From: Promethearchaeota archaeon
Lineage (GTDB): Archaea; Asgardarchaeota; Lokiarchaeia; Sigyniarchaeales; SOKP01
NCBI GenBank assembly: GCA_030603385.1
Contig: JAUVXW010000004.1
Coordinates: 64,001-128,000, forward strand
Reading direction: 5' to 3'
DNA length: 64,000 nt
Shown here: positions 29,928 through 40,116 of the stretch, piece by piece
How positions within the stretch are numbered: position 1 is the stretch's first letter
Layout of the letters: the number at the start of each line of letters is the position of its first letter
Program-made: the position numbers and the translations under genes
The notes under the pieces: generated by a model
What the model was told of the DNA's origin: nothing
The model's database searches: none
What the model saw: only the letters and a program-made list of their open reading frames with translations

Positions 29928-32662
29928 ATGAATAAAAATTGGAAATCTAAATATTTGGTATATTTAATAATAATAGGTTTTTCGATAGTTATAATTAGCA
30001 AAAATAACGTTAATCTCAACCTAGAACAGGTTAATAATACAGATGTGGTAAAAGATAAATTTGGAACTAAATTGAAACAAGCTTCTGGGTATTGGGATCC
30101 ACAAATTACCAAACCAGTAGGGGATGGACCTCGCAGTGTATTCATAGAAGACACAAACAACGATGGATATAATGATATTTGTACTGCTAATTTTGATGAT
30201 GATAATGTCTCAATACTTTTATGGAATAATACAATTGGTGATTGGAACCCACTGATTACAAGATCTGTAGGGAATACCCCTTTCAGTGTATTCATAGAAG
30301 ACACAAACAATGATGGATATAATGATATTTGTACTGCTAATTTGATTGATGATACTATCTCAATACTTTTATGGAATAATACAATTGGTGATTGGAACCC
30401 ACTGATTACAAGATCTGTAGGGAATGCCCCTTACAGTGTATTCATAGAAGACACAAACAACGATGGATATAATGATATTTGTACAGCTAATTTTTACGAT
30501 AATACTACCTCAATACTTTTAATAATAATACAATTGGTGATTGGAACCCACTGATTACAAGATCTGTAGGGAATTACCCTTTAAGTGTATTCATAGAAGA
30601 CACAAACAATGATGGATATAATGATATTTGTACTGCTAATTTTTTTGATGATACGATCTCAATATTCTTGTGGAATAATATCAGTGCCAATTGGGACCCA
30701 CAGATTACAAGATCTGTAGGAGAGGGACCTCGCAGTGTATTCATAGGAGACACAAACAATGATGGATATAATGATATTTGTACTGCTAATATTAATGATA
30801 ATACTATCTCAATACTTTTATGGAATAATACAATTGGTGATTGGAACCCACAAATTATAAAATCTGGAATAATAAATCTACATAACTTATGTATAGGAGA
30901 TGCTGATAATGATGGGGATAATGACATTGTCACCGCTAGTTCTGCTACAAATAATATCTTAATATTTTTATGGAATAATACGATTAGTGACTGGGATCCA
31001 GAGATTACAAAATCTGTAGGAAATGGCCCAGATATGGTATATATAGGAGATGCCAATAATGATGGGTATAATGACATTATTACTGCCAATCGTCTAGGTA
31101 ATACGGTCTCAATACTTTTATGGGTACCTCATTATGTAAATATTAGTACACCCGAAAATAGCATATATAACAAACCGATGAGTGGATATTACCTTTGTTC
31201 CAACGGATTTGAAAATGATGAAATTGGAAGTGAACCTGAATGGTTTGAACAAATTGGTACTAATGGCGGAACTGTGCAAGTTATTGGAACGCTCGATGGC
31301 CATGAATATGTTCTTGATATTTATGATTCTTCAACAGGTATTTTAAACGCTCACGTAAGAAAATTACTTCCCTCAATGCCGTCTTCCGGGACTGTGGAAT
31401 ATTGGATGAGGGTTGATGATTCTACAAAAGTGTGTGGATTTCGTATTGATCAAGGCGCAATACCTAATGAAATGGTTACTATGCGCACTTTTTTCAATTT
31501 CTTACAATATAATAACGGAACTGATTGGAACACCATTCGATTTATTTCTAATAATACTTGGTATCATATAAGAGTGGATTTCGAATGCACAACTGGGAAC
31601 TACCAAGGTCTTTCACAATACTCATGGCGATTGTATGTAAATGATACTCAATATGGTGATTATCCCTTTGCTAATAATCAATCATATGCATATAGAACCA
31701 CTTGGTATAATGATTATTTACACGCTATGTCAGATTATCATTATTATCTTGATGCTATTGGCTTTTCTTGGGATTCTAAGTATCACATAGGTGATAATTT
31801 AAATGAAGGAATGTTATTGAGCATTGAGGAAAATTTTGACCATGAGTGGATATGCTACTCAATTGATGGTTCGACCAATGTTACAATATTAGGAAATATA
31901 CCATTTGCTTTTCCTAGTGATGGTCAACATTCAATTCAGGTATTTGCACAAGATTCGGCAGGGGATATAATTACGTCAGACTTAAGATATTTTTTTATTG
32001 ATACAACATCTCCAGAAATTATAATAAATTCACCAGCTCAAAATTATTATTTTGGGATGAATGCACCCACTTTTGATATTTCTATAATAGAACCAAATTT
32101 AAATTCTACATGGTACACTTTAGATAGCGGAACAACTAATATTACATTTAGTGGATTGACTGGTACAATTAATCAAACAGAATGGGAAGGGTTTGGTCCT
32201 GGCCCGGTAACCATAGAGTTTTACGCAAATGATACTTTTGGCCTCGAGGATTATAATGAAGTGACAGTAATCAAAGAGCTAAATGCTCCATCAAGTAGTA
32301 TATCGTTTATCCCCCATAGTGGAGTTAATATTGTAAATAAATCAACATTATTTTCTCTATCAGCAGATGATAGTATGGAATCTGGAGTTGCTGTAATTAG
32401 ATATAAAGTAAATAATTCTAATTGGGTGGATTATATAAACTCATTCAGCTTGTCTGCGTATCCTGCCGGTGATTATTTGATCACATATTATGCCATTGAT
32501 GTAGCGGGTAATACAGAGATGGAACATTCAATTTTAGTAACCTTAGTGGACATACCTTCAAAATCTTCATCCACCATTCCTGGTTATAATATGTTTCTTA
32601 CTATTGGAATAATTTGTACACTTTTATTTATATTCTTTAGAAGGAAATATAAAATTAAATAA
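29928..32662 (+). pseudogene. Surface protein: 7 FG-GAP repeats, lectin/Ig-like domains and IPGY-TM-basic C-terminal sorting tail. One -1 frameshift at about 30522
   Basis: DTNNDGYNDI Ca-binding repeats every 50 aa. TTA-TGG-AAT in other repeats is TTA-AT-AAT in repeat 3. C-terminus TIPGYNMFLTIGIICTLLFIFFRRKYKIK. Confidence 0.8.
30093..31123 (+). repeat. Seven tandem 150-bp coding repeats (FG-GAP blades)
   Basis: Units start at TGG 30093, 30243, 30393, 30542, 30692, 30842 and 30992. Confidence 0.9.
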
Positions 32663-32864
32663 AATCTTTTTTTTATTTCTATCTTTAGTTTAATTTGAAA
32701 TTAAAAATTTGATTCTTATTTTTTGTTTAAATAAAATAATTTCATTTGATATACAAAAGATAGCACAAATAAGAATATTGAAGTTTTCGGATAGAAGCAT
32801 TAAAAATAAAGAATAAAGGAAAGCCGATTAACTTTTTAAGGCCTATAAAACTAATTTGTTGAAT

Positions 32865-33020
32865 TTAAGTTTTTTTCAAAAATGTGATCACACGAAAGAG
32901 ATGCAATTCAAAAAGCGTTTCATCTTGGGGAAATTCCTCTCTTAGTTCTTTAATCAGTTTTTCCTTTTCTTCATTTATTAAGTCTAAATTTTTTAAAAGA
33001 ATATCAATATCATACAACAT
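32865..33020 (-). CDS. 51-aa microprotein, copy 1
   Basis: MLYDIDILLKNLDLINEEKEKLIKELREEFPQDETLFELHLFRVITFLKKT*, with a GAGGGG SD upstream. Confidence 0.7.
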   Translation of the reverse strand: MLYDIDILLKNLDLINEEKEKLIKELREEFPQDETLFELHLFRVITFLKKT

Positions 33021-33054
33021 GTATTTCCCCTCTAAAATTTAAAAAGATAAACGA

Positions 33055-33525
33055 CTAAGTGGTATTTTTATGATTCGAATCTCCTATTAAATCTTCTTTG
33101 AACTTCCTCAAAACTGCTTCTTTAAAAGAATGAAAATCTTTCAAATTGTTCTGTAAGATATTGTATATAACCTCGTTATCAATTTCTAAATAAAAATGCC
33201 CTAAAAAATTACGGAATCTTACCATTTTAGTAAGTTGAGTTTTTAATTCCTCGTTTATAATTTCATGCTTGGCTAAGATTTTTATTATATCTGTAAATGT
33301 TTCAGGTTTTTCTTTATTATTGAGTGTCACAATATGATTTCCAATGTCAATACATATATTTATACAAATTTCTAAGGCTCTCTGTGCTGCGAAATAATTT
33401 TTATAATTAGAAAGGAATTCATCTTTTCCTATCTCTTTAAGTTCGCGTAAATTTTCCAATAATTGATCTAATTTATTAAATCTAGTTAGAATTAAGTCCC
33501 GATTTACTTTAATCCTTAAGCACAT
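33055..33525 (-). CDS. HEPN (DUF86/HepT) ribonuclease toxin
   Basis: RNFLGHFY (RxxxxH-Y) motif, downstream of an MNT gene. Confidence 0.9.
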   Translation of the reverse strand: MCLRIKVNRDLILTRFNKLDQLLENLRELKEIGKDEFLSNYKNYFAAQRALEICINICIDIGNHIVTLNNKEKPETFTDIIKILAKHEIINEELKTQLTKMVRFRNFLGHFYLEIDNEVIYNILQNNLKDFHSFKEAVLRKFKEDLIGDSNHKNTT

Positions 33526-33949
33526 CCATTATGGTCATTTTATCATAAATATCAAGTAGCGGTTTAATCTCTAAATAATCGTATAAAACTCTTATTTCAA
33601 ACTCATGCTGAAATGTCTCATCTTTGGAGTGGATAATACGCCCACTTTTTATAATGTTATATAAAAATCGAGGTGTGGCATCATTCAAAACACAAAAATC
33701 TATTTCAATTTTGTTTCCAAATTCCTTCTCTATTTCCAAACTTAAATCAACTAGATATAAATAATGTTTTTTATATATACGATCTAAAAGTATTCCAAGA
33801 TCTATATCACTAAATTCAGATCTATTACCTGATACATAAGAACCATACAAATAACACAATAGAACTTCATCTCGATTATTAAACACAATATTTATTAACC
33901 TTTCCAGCTCAGTTATCGATATTATTCTATGCCTTTCTCGTTCCATCAT
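33509..33949 (-). CDS. Minimal nucleotidyltransferase (MntA-like antitoxin)
   Basis: YLYGSYVSG...SDIDLGI motif. Confidence 0.9.
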   Translation of the reverse strand: MMERERHRIISITELERLINIVFNNRDEVLLCYLYGSYVSGNRSEFSDIDLGILLDRIYKKHYLYLVDLSLEIEKEFGNKIEIDFCVLNDATPRFLYNIIKSGRIIHSKDETFQHEFEIRVLYDYLEIKPLLDIYDKMTIMDVLKD

Positions 33950-34064
33950 AATTTACAAATATTATTTCAGTTTCATAATTAATTATAAATATAGCTATGC
34001 AGTCTAATAACTTTTTATCCCGTATCTAATATAATTCAATGTAAGAAATGATTTTAAGATTAAA

Positions 34065-34220
34065 TTATGCTTTTTTTAAAAATTTGATCACACGAAAGAG
34101 ATGCAATTCAAAAAGCATTTCATCTTGGGGAAATTCCTCTCTTAGTTCTTTAATCAGTTTCTCCTTTTCTTCATTTGTTAAGTCTAAATTCTTTAAAAGA
34201 ATATCAATATCATATAACAT
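34065..34220 (-). CDS. 51-aa microprotein, copy 2
   Basis: MLYDIDILLKNLDLTNEEKEKLIKELREEFPQDEMLFELHLFRVIKFLKKA*, exactly 1200 bp from copy 1. Confidence 0.7.
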   Translation of the reverse strand: MLYDIDILLKNLDLTNEEKEKLIKELREEFPQDEMLFELHLFRVIKFLKKA

Positions 34221-34224
34221 GCCT

Positions 34225-34500
34225 TTAATATCTACTTCCATGAGCGATTATTAAGATCTCGATGATTTCTTCCTTAATTTCATATACAATTCTATAGTTT
34301 TTAAAAATTATTTCTCTTAATTGATCATCCTCTCTATCTGGAAATTTTCGACCAATATTAGGAAACTGTTTTAATTGCTCAATCTTTTCAATTATCCCTT
34401 TAACAATTTCTCTAGCCTTTTCTGGAGAATCTTGTTCAATATAAGCAGAAATAGATTCAAGATCGTCTAACGCTCCAATAGACCATCTTATCACAACCAT
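34225..34500 (-). CDS. RelE/ParE-family toxin
   Basis: WSIGALDDLESI...LKQFPNIGR...YRIVYEI...IAHGSR. Confidence 0.88.
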   Translation of the reverse strand: MVVIRWSIGALDDLESISAYIEQDSPEKAREIVKGIIEKIEQLKQFPNIGRKFPDREDDQLREIIFKNYRIVYEIKEEIIEILIIAHGSRY

Positions 34501-34673
34501 TTTTTCATCTTTTCCTTTACCTCTTCATGTGAAATATATTTACCTTCCCTAATTTGCTCTTGTGCCTTATTGATTTTTTCATTTACGTACAACTTATAAG
34601 CGATTTCTTCCACATTAAGATTATCAGGCAATTTTTTAATAAAATCAATTGCGTTTTCTTTTGCGGTTGTCAT
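34491..34673 (-). CDS. Antitoxin partner of the RelE/ParE toxin
   Basis: Small ORF overlapping the toxin start. IKKLPDN...GKYISHEEVK. Confidence 0.75.
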   Translation of the reverse strand: MTTAKENAIDFIKKLPDNLNVEEIAYKLYVNEKINKAQEQIREGKYISHEEVKEKMKKWL

Positions 34674-35052
34674 ATTGATAATAAGGTAATTTTAGAATTA
34701 ATATGTATCTTTTGATTAATGAAATTTCTAAAAATTCCAAACCCATTTTTTATTTAAATATTACGGCTGATTTTTATAGATGATATGGTGTCTAAAATAT
34801 CGACGAAAAAAAATTGAGAGCTTTTAGAATAAAATCATTAAAAATAAATTTACAAATTTGTATATATTCCATAGATTTACACAATTATTAATTAATAAAA
34901 AGTAGAGTGGTTAATCAATAGCTTAATAATAACCCATCAATAATTTTATATTCGAATAAATAATAAAGTTATAGATAGGTTAAGGCAATTAAATTTACCA
35001 TTTAATACTCAAGCCGATAAAATTATTATTTTAACTTTCCAAACAATAATGG

Positions 35053-37314
35053 ATGAATAACATGACCGATAATTCGTTTTCGTTAATAGATTTATATCCG
35101 AAGTATGTAATTAATGCAAAGGGAGAGAAGAAGAAGTTCGATGAAAACAGTATTGCGAAAATTTTAAATAAGGAAACCGGATTGGATATGCAAATTGCTG
35201 AAAAAGTGGCTGAGGATGTTATTCGTACAATAATAGGCCTAGGAATAGATGAAATTACTACAAATTATATACGTGAGTTAGTTTGTGTTGAATTAACTCA
35301 ACGCGGACTAAATAAATACAGAAATCTGTTTGCTAGAGCTATTAATTTAGAAAGTATTGGATTCAAAATTGATGGTGGATTTATCAATCAATACAAAAGT
35401 AAGCAACCCGATTGGGGGCCTATAGGATATATTACATATAAGAGGACTTATGCTAGAATAGTTGAAGGTGAAAACCGTAAGGAAGAATTTTGGGAGACAC
35501 TTAGACGGGTTGTGGAAGGATGTTATTCAATTCAGAAAGAGCATTGTATGAAGTTAAGTTTACCTTGGTCTGACCAAAAAGCTCAAAAATCAGCCCAAAT
35601 AATGTTTGAAAAGATTTGGAATTTTAAGTTTTCCCCTCCTGGACGTGGCTTATGGATGATGGGAACTGAGTTCATTGCACGTCATGGTTCAATGTCTCTT
35701 AATAATTGTGGATTTGCATCAACAGAAGATATAGCCCTTAAATATTCAAAGGCGTTTGAATTTGTCATGGACGCTTTAATGTTAGGCGTAGGAGTGGGAT
35801 TTGACACTAAAGGAGCAGGAAAAATAAAAATACAAAAACCTAAGGAAGGGACTTTTAATTTTGAGATAGATGATTCTAGAGAAGGATGGGTCGAATCCCT
35901 AAAACTTATTCTTGAAGCTTACTTTTTAGGAAAACAAACCCCCACATTTGATTTTAGCAAGATTCGACTCGCTGGTACGCCAATTAGAGGATTTGGTGGT
36001 ATTGCCTCTGGTCCAAAACCATTGAGAGAGATGCTAGAAGACATTCAGAAAATTCTCGAGGCACGTATAGGAAAGATGATTACATCCGTTGACATCGTAG
36101 ACATTATGAATTATGTCGGCAAATGTGTAGTCGCGGGTAATGTACGGAGAAGTGCAGAAATTGCTTTAGGAGACCCTACCGATTTGGATTTTGTAACTTG
36201 TAAACAAGACGAAAAAGCATTATATTCTCATAGATGGGCTAGTAATAATTCCGTTTTTGCCCTAAAGGGGTTAGATTATTCATTTATTGCAGATCAAATA
36301 GCTATAAACGGAGAGCCTGGAATTTTTTGGTTAGAAAATGCTAGAAATTATTCAAGAATGGGTGATGCTCCTGATTATAAAGATAAGAAAGTAGCTGGGG
36401 TTAATCCATGTGGGGAACAAAGCTTAGAATCATTCGAGCTTTGTTGCCTTGTAGAGACTTTTCCGTCTCGTCATGATAGTTATGAAGAATTTGAAGAAAC
36501 ACTAAAATATGCTTATTTATATTCTAAATCTGTTACGTTAGTAAACACACATTGGAAAGAAACTAACGCAGTCATGCTTAAGAACAGGCGAATGGGAATT
36601 TCACAGACAGGAATAATTGAGGCTTTCGTTAAACATGGGAGAAGAATGGTTTTAGAATGGTGTGATAAAGCTTATAATTATTTGAGAGATTTAGATGAAC
36701 AATATTCTGATTGGCTTTGTATACCGAAGAGTATAAAGATTACAACAGTGAAACCTAGTGGCACAGTGAGCCTACTACCCGGAGTACCTCCTGGAATTCA
36801 TTATCCCCATTCGGAATATTATATAAGGAGAATTAGACTCTCAAAAAATTCAGATTTAATTGAACATATAAAGAATGCTGGTTATAAGATTGAGGACGAT
36901 TCATATTCACCAAACACAGTAGTGGCGGAGTTCCCAATTCATGAAAAACATTTCAATCGTTCTAAAAATGAAGTGTCAATTTGGGAACAAGCAGCTAACG
37001 CGATCGATTACCAACGATTATGGTCCGATAACCAGGTAAGTATTACAATAACTTTTAAGTCAGAAGAAGCAGATCAAATTAAACATGTTCTACAATTTTG
37101 TGAAGATAAGCTTAAAAGTGCAAGTTTTCTACCAATTAAAGAACACGGCTATAAGCAAGCACCCTATGAAGAAATAACTAAAGAACAATATGAAGAAATG
37201 AGTGCAAATACTAAGCCTTTACTTTTAGATGAGACAAAAGATAGAGCAATTGGGGTTAAATTCTGTGATGCGGATGGGGTCTGTGAAGTATCTATTGATC
37301 ATAGTAAAAAATAG
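35053..37314 (+). CDS. nrdJ: Class II (B12-dependent) monomeric-type ribonucleotide reductase with N-terminal ATP cone
   Basis: ATP cone, YKRTYAR, PPGRGLW, LNNCGF, GNVRRSAE, NPCGEQ, TTVKPSGTVSLL, C-terminal CxxxxxC. Confidence 0.92.
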   Translation: MNNMTDNSFSLIDLYPKYVINAKGEKKKFDENSIAKILNKETGLDMQIAEKVAEDVIRTIIGLGIDEITTNYIRELVCVELTQRGLNKYRNLFARAINLESIGFKIDGGFINQYKSKQPDWGPIGYITYKRTYARIVEGENRKEEFWETLRRVVEGCYSIQKEHCMKLSLPWSDQKAQKSAQIMFEKIWNFKFSPPGRGLWMMGTEFIARHGSMSLNNCGFASTEDIALKYSKAFEFVMDALMLGVGVGFDTKGAGKIKIQKPKEGTFNFEIDDSREGWVESLKLILEAYFLGKQTPTFDFSKIRLAGTPIRGFGGIASGPKPLREMLEDIQKILEARIGKMITSVDIVDIMNYVGKCVVAGNVRRSAEIALGDPTDLDFVTCKQDEKALYSHRWASNNSVFALKGLDYSFIADQIAINGEPGIFWLENARNYSRMGDAPDYKDKKVAGVNPCGEQSLESFELCCLVETFPSRHDSYEEFEETLKYAYLYSKSVTLVNTHWKETNAVMLKNRRMGISQTGIIEAFVKHGRRMVLEWCDKAYNYLRDLDEQYSDWLCIPKSIKITTVKPSGTVSLLPGVPPGIHYPHSEYYIRRIRLSKNSDLIEHIKNAGYKIEDDSYSPNTVVAEFPIHEKHFNRSKNEVSIWEQAANAIDYQRLWSDNQVSITITFKSEEADQIKHVLQFCEDKLKSASFLPIKEHGYKQAPYEEITKEQYEEMSANTKPLLLDETKDRAIGVKFCDADGVCEVSIDHSKK

Positions 37315-37555
37315 GTTAAATTTAAACTTCAATTAGTAATCATTCTAAATGTAATGCTATATCATAGGCGAATTTTAATAACCATTTATTTAACTATGAT
37401 CATTTATTTCAGTTCAAAAATCTATAATAATTTTTCACTCTGATAAGAAATAGTATTAAATTAACAAGAGATTAAGGTAAAAATTATAAGGTATCTTAAT
37501 GAAAATAAATTTAATACAATATTATTTATAATACAAATTTTGAATGTGATTTTGA

Positions 37556-38494
37556 ATGTCGGAAGAAGATCCGGTAGAAGAATTAGAAGAGATGGCAAAA
37601 AAGGCTAAACCACGAGCTAAAGCAAGAGCAAAACCAACAAAAAAGAAACCTAAAAAAACGACTAAAAAGGAGGTAGCGGCAGGAGCGGAGCCAAAACCTA
37701 AGAAGGCTGTTTATAAAGAAATGAAAGTTAATTTCTGGCGTACAAGACTGCACGATGAAGAACTTGGAATACATCAACAACTCAAATATCAAGCTAAAAC
37801 TAGGTTTTTCTCCAAAAACTTTGATATCGAAGGAGTAGTAGAAATAAACAAGGAGAAAAAATATATTATTGCTTATAGTAAGGAATCGTGGGAAGAAAAA
37901 CCTGAGGCAGAAAAAAGACTAGTCTGTAGAATTTTTACGATAATGGAAGAAAAAGTTACAGGTGCAGGTACCGCTAAAGGTGGGAACTATAAGGGAAGTC
38001 TTGAACTAAGTATTACCCACTCATTAATCCAGAGCTATGAAATTAAACATCCTGCTCCAGTATTCTTTATGCAAATACCTAGAACAATCAATTTAGTTCG
38101 AGTAGTTAGAGGTTGGAGATTAGTAGGAACACGATGGACATGGCCATTACTTCCAGAAGAGAAAGATGATAAATTCCAAATAGTTCGTGCAAAGGGGGTT
38201 ATTGGACCAGGGAGAAATTACAATATATTCATTGGTGATGTAAAAATTGCACGTGTAGATGGACAAGTTATCCAGAAGAATTTTGAAATTGAAGTTTATG
38301 ATGAACAATATGCGAAAGACAAAACTTTTACTATTTACTTGATTTTATTTGGATGTATGTGTAATTTTATGAAGGAAGCAGAGAAGATGGTTAAAAAAAT
38401 GTATAAAAAAATGAAAAAGACAGCAACCTCAGATTATAAACCGCCAAGATATGAACTAACTTTGTTCAGGAACCCTCGTATGATGAGACGTTAG
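37556..38494 (+). CDS. Hypothetical protein with Lys-rich N-terminus
   Basis: 312-aa ORF. The C-terminal part weakly resembles a LURP-one/tubby-like barrel (inference). Confidence 0.7.
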   Translation: MSEEDPVEELEEMAKKAKPRAKARAKPTKKKPKKTTKKEVAAGAEPKPKKAVYKEMKVNFWRTRLHDEELGIHQQLKYQAKTRFFSKNFDIEGVVEINKEKKYIIAYSKESWEEKPEAEKRLVCRIFTIMEEKVTGAGTAKGGNYKGSLELSITHSLIQSYEIKHPAPVFFMQIPRTINLVRVVRGWRLVGTRWTWPLLPEEKDDKFQIVRAKGVIGPGRNYNIFIGDVKIARVDGQVIQKNFEIEVYDEQYAKDKTFTIYLILFGCMCNFMKEAEKMVKKMYKKMKKTATSDYKPPRYELTLFRNPRMMRR

Positions 38495-38659
38495 AATAAA
38501 ATTATATAATTTATGAAATCCAGATTTTTTTTTTTAATTTTTTAAATTTTAAGTACGTAAAACTGAAGAATTTGCCGAAATCTCTTTTTCTAATAATTTA
38601 AAATAAAAAAAGAATTAAAAAAAAATTTTATAAAATACTTCCTTATTCATTAAGATTTG

Positions 38660-39433
38660 TTATTTTATTCCAAGTTTGTCTTTCCACTCTCTATAGCCAC
38701 TAGTTTCTCGTCCTCGATGTATGGGTTTTTGCCCCATCTCTTTCTTATAGATGTCTCTTAGTGTTCGCTCATCAGAATTCTTAATTGCTTCTTTTTTTAT
38801 GTTTTCCTCAATTTCGATCTCTTCTTCTATTTCTTTAACGTGGCTTAATACCCAAAACACACCTCTATTCCAGATCATGATTCCAATAAAAATGATTCCA
38901 ATAAAAAGCCAAACAAGTAGTCCTACCCACATAATCCACATTCCAAGTGAGAATTTATCCACCATCCCGCTCCAGACTTCTTTAACAAGCCCCAAGAATG
39001 CTGAGGGAAGAAGTCCTATAACAACACTTATAAGGGTTACATAGAGACCTAAGAGAGCAACGCCTATAAGCATGCGTAGTCCATAGTAGTCTGTCCATTT
39101 GTTTGCAATTAGACGATCTTTAAACATTATCTGGCATAATCGTACCATTCCTCCACGAAAAAGGGTATAGAAGAGAACTAATAAAAATAAATTACCTGTG
39201 ACTGCTCCAGCTATAATAGCTATCTGAAATCCAAGATCAAGGTCTAACCAAACATCCCAAGCACCTTTAGAGAATAAAAAATTAATAAGAACTCCCCATA
39301 TACCTAGTACGAGTATTACCGTACCAAGGATAAATCCATAATAAATCAATTTTGCGTAGCGTAGATCCCATGTACTATAAACATCAAGTGGATTGGGTTC
39401 TCTATCCGGAGCTTTTCTTCCTGTACGCGGCAT
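38660..39433 (-). CDS. Hypothetical membrane protein (4 TM)
   Basis: Four TM segments and a charged C-terminus. Confidence 0.75.
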   Translation of the reverse strand: MPRTGRKAPDREPNPLDVYSTWDLRYAKLIYYGFILGTVILVLGIWGVLINFLFSKGAWDVWLDLDLGFQIAIIAGAVTGNLFLLVLFYTLFRGGMVRLCQIMFKDRLIANKWTDYYGLRMLIGVALLGLYVTLISVVIGLLPSAFLGLVKEVWSGMVDKFSLGMWIMWVGLLVWLFIGIIFIGIMIWNRGVFWVLSHVKEIEEEIEIEENIKKEAIKNSDERTLRDIYKKEMGQKPIHRGRETSGYREWKDKLGIK

Positions 39434-39545
39434 AATTATTTCATCTTATGATTTTTTTTTTTAAATTTAGATTAAGTTTTAAAAATTCTATAATTTTATA
39501 ATTGGTTATTATACTATTTATTTTTACTTAGTAATTATTAAAAAA

Positions 39546-40004
39546 TTACCACTCTATGACAGCTTGACAGAAAGTACATGTTGGAACTTTTTCTTCTAGT
39601 TCTTCACCACAATATGGGCAGAATATTTTAACTTCTCCTGGTTTCTCCTTTGTTTGTTTTTTTCTTGCGGGTTTTTTCGCAGGTTCTTCTTCCTCTTCAA
39701 TCCCTGCTTTGTCGAGTACTCTCTCTTTTGGAGTCATTTCCTCAGGTTTCTTTTTTGGCTTTTCGAATGGTTTATCTGATTTAACTATTTTAGTGTTACA
39801 ATCTGGACAGTATTCTTTAAGTCTAGTAGAGAGATATATTGCTAAAATAATTGCACCAATCCCGATTGTAGCGACTATAACAATAACCCAGATAGTTTTC
39901 TGCGTTCTTGTTAATGGTTTCCTGCTAGGCTCTTCTACTTCATGTTTGCATATATTACAATAATTATATTTTATTTTCGGTGACATTTCTACCCAACTTT
40001 GCAT
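39546..40004 (-). CDS. LITAF-like zinc/membrane domain plus C-terminal zinc ribbon
   Basis: CNIC - hydrophobic stretch - CPDC, then CPYC..CTFC. Confidence 0.65.
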   Translation of the reverse strand: MQSWVEMSPKIKYNYCNICKHEVEEPSRKPLTRTQKTIWVIVIVATIGIGAIILAIYLSTRLKEYCPDCNTKIVKSDKPFEKPKKKPEEMTPKERVLDKAGIEEEEEPAKKPARKKQTKEKPGEVKIFCPYCGEELEEKVPTCTFCQAVIEW

Positions 40005-40116
40005 GTTTAATATGTGTTTTTTAATGAAAGATTATTTTAATTAAAAAACGTTTATATTACCTAATAATCAAGTTCTTTTTTTATAAATTATTATATTCTT
40101 TTTATATGATCTAAAG

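Noticed and set aside
30093-31123. CRISPR array or diversity-generating retroelement
   Set aside because: These are 150-bp in-frame coding repeats with no spacers, cas genes or reverse transcriptase, and the variation is not confined to adenines.
35053-37314. Intein or intron in nrdJ
   Set aside because: Length and motifs are continuous, with no intein signatures.
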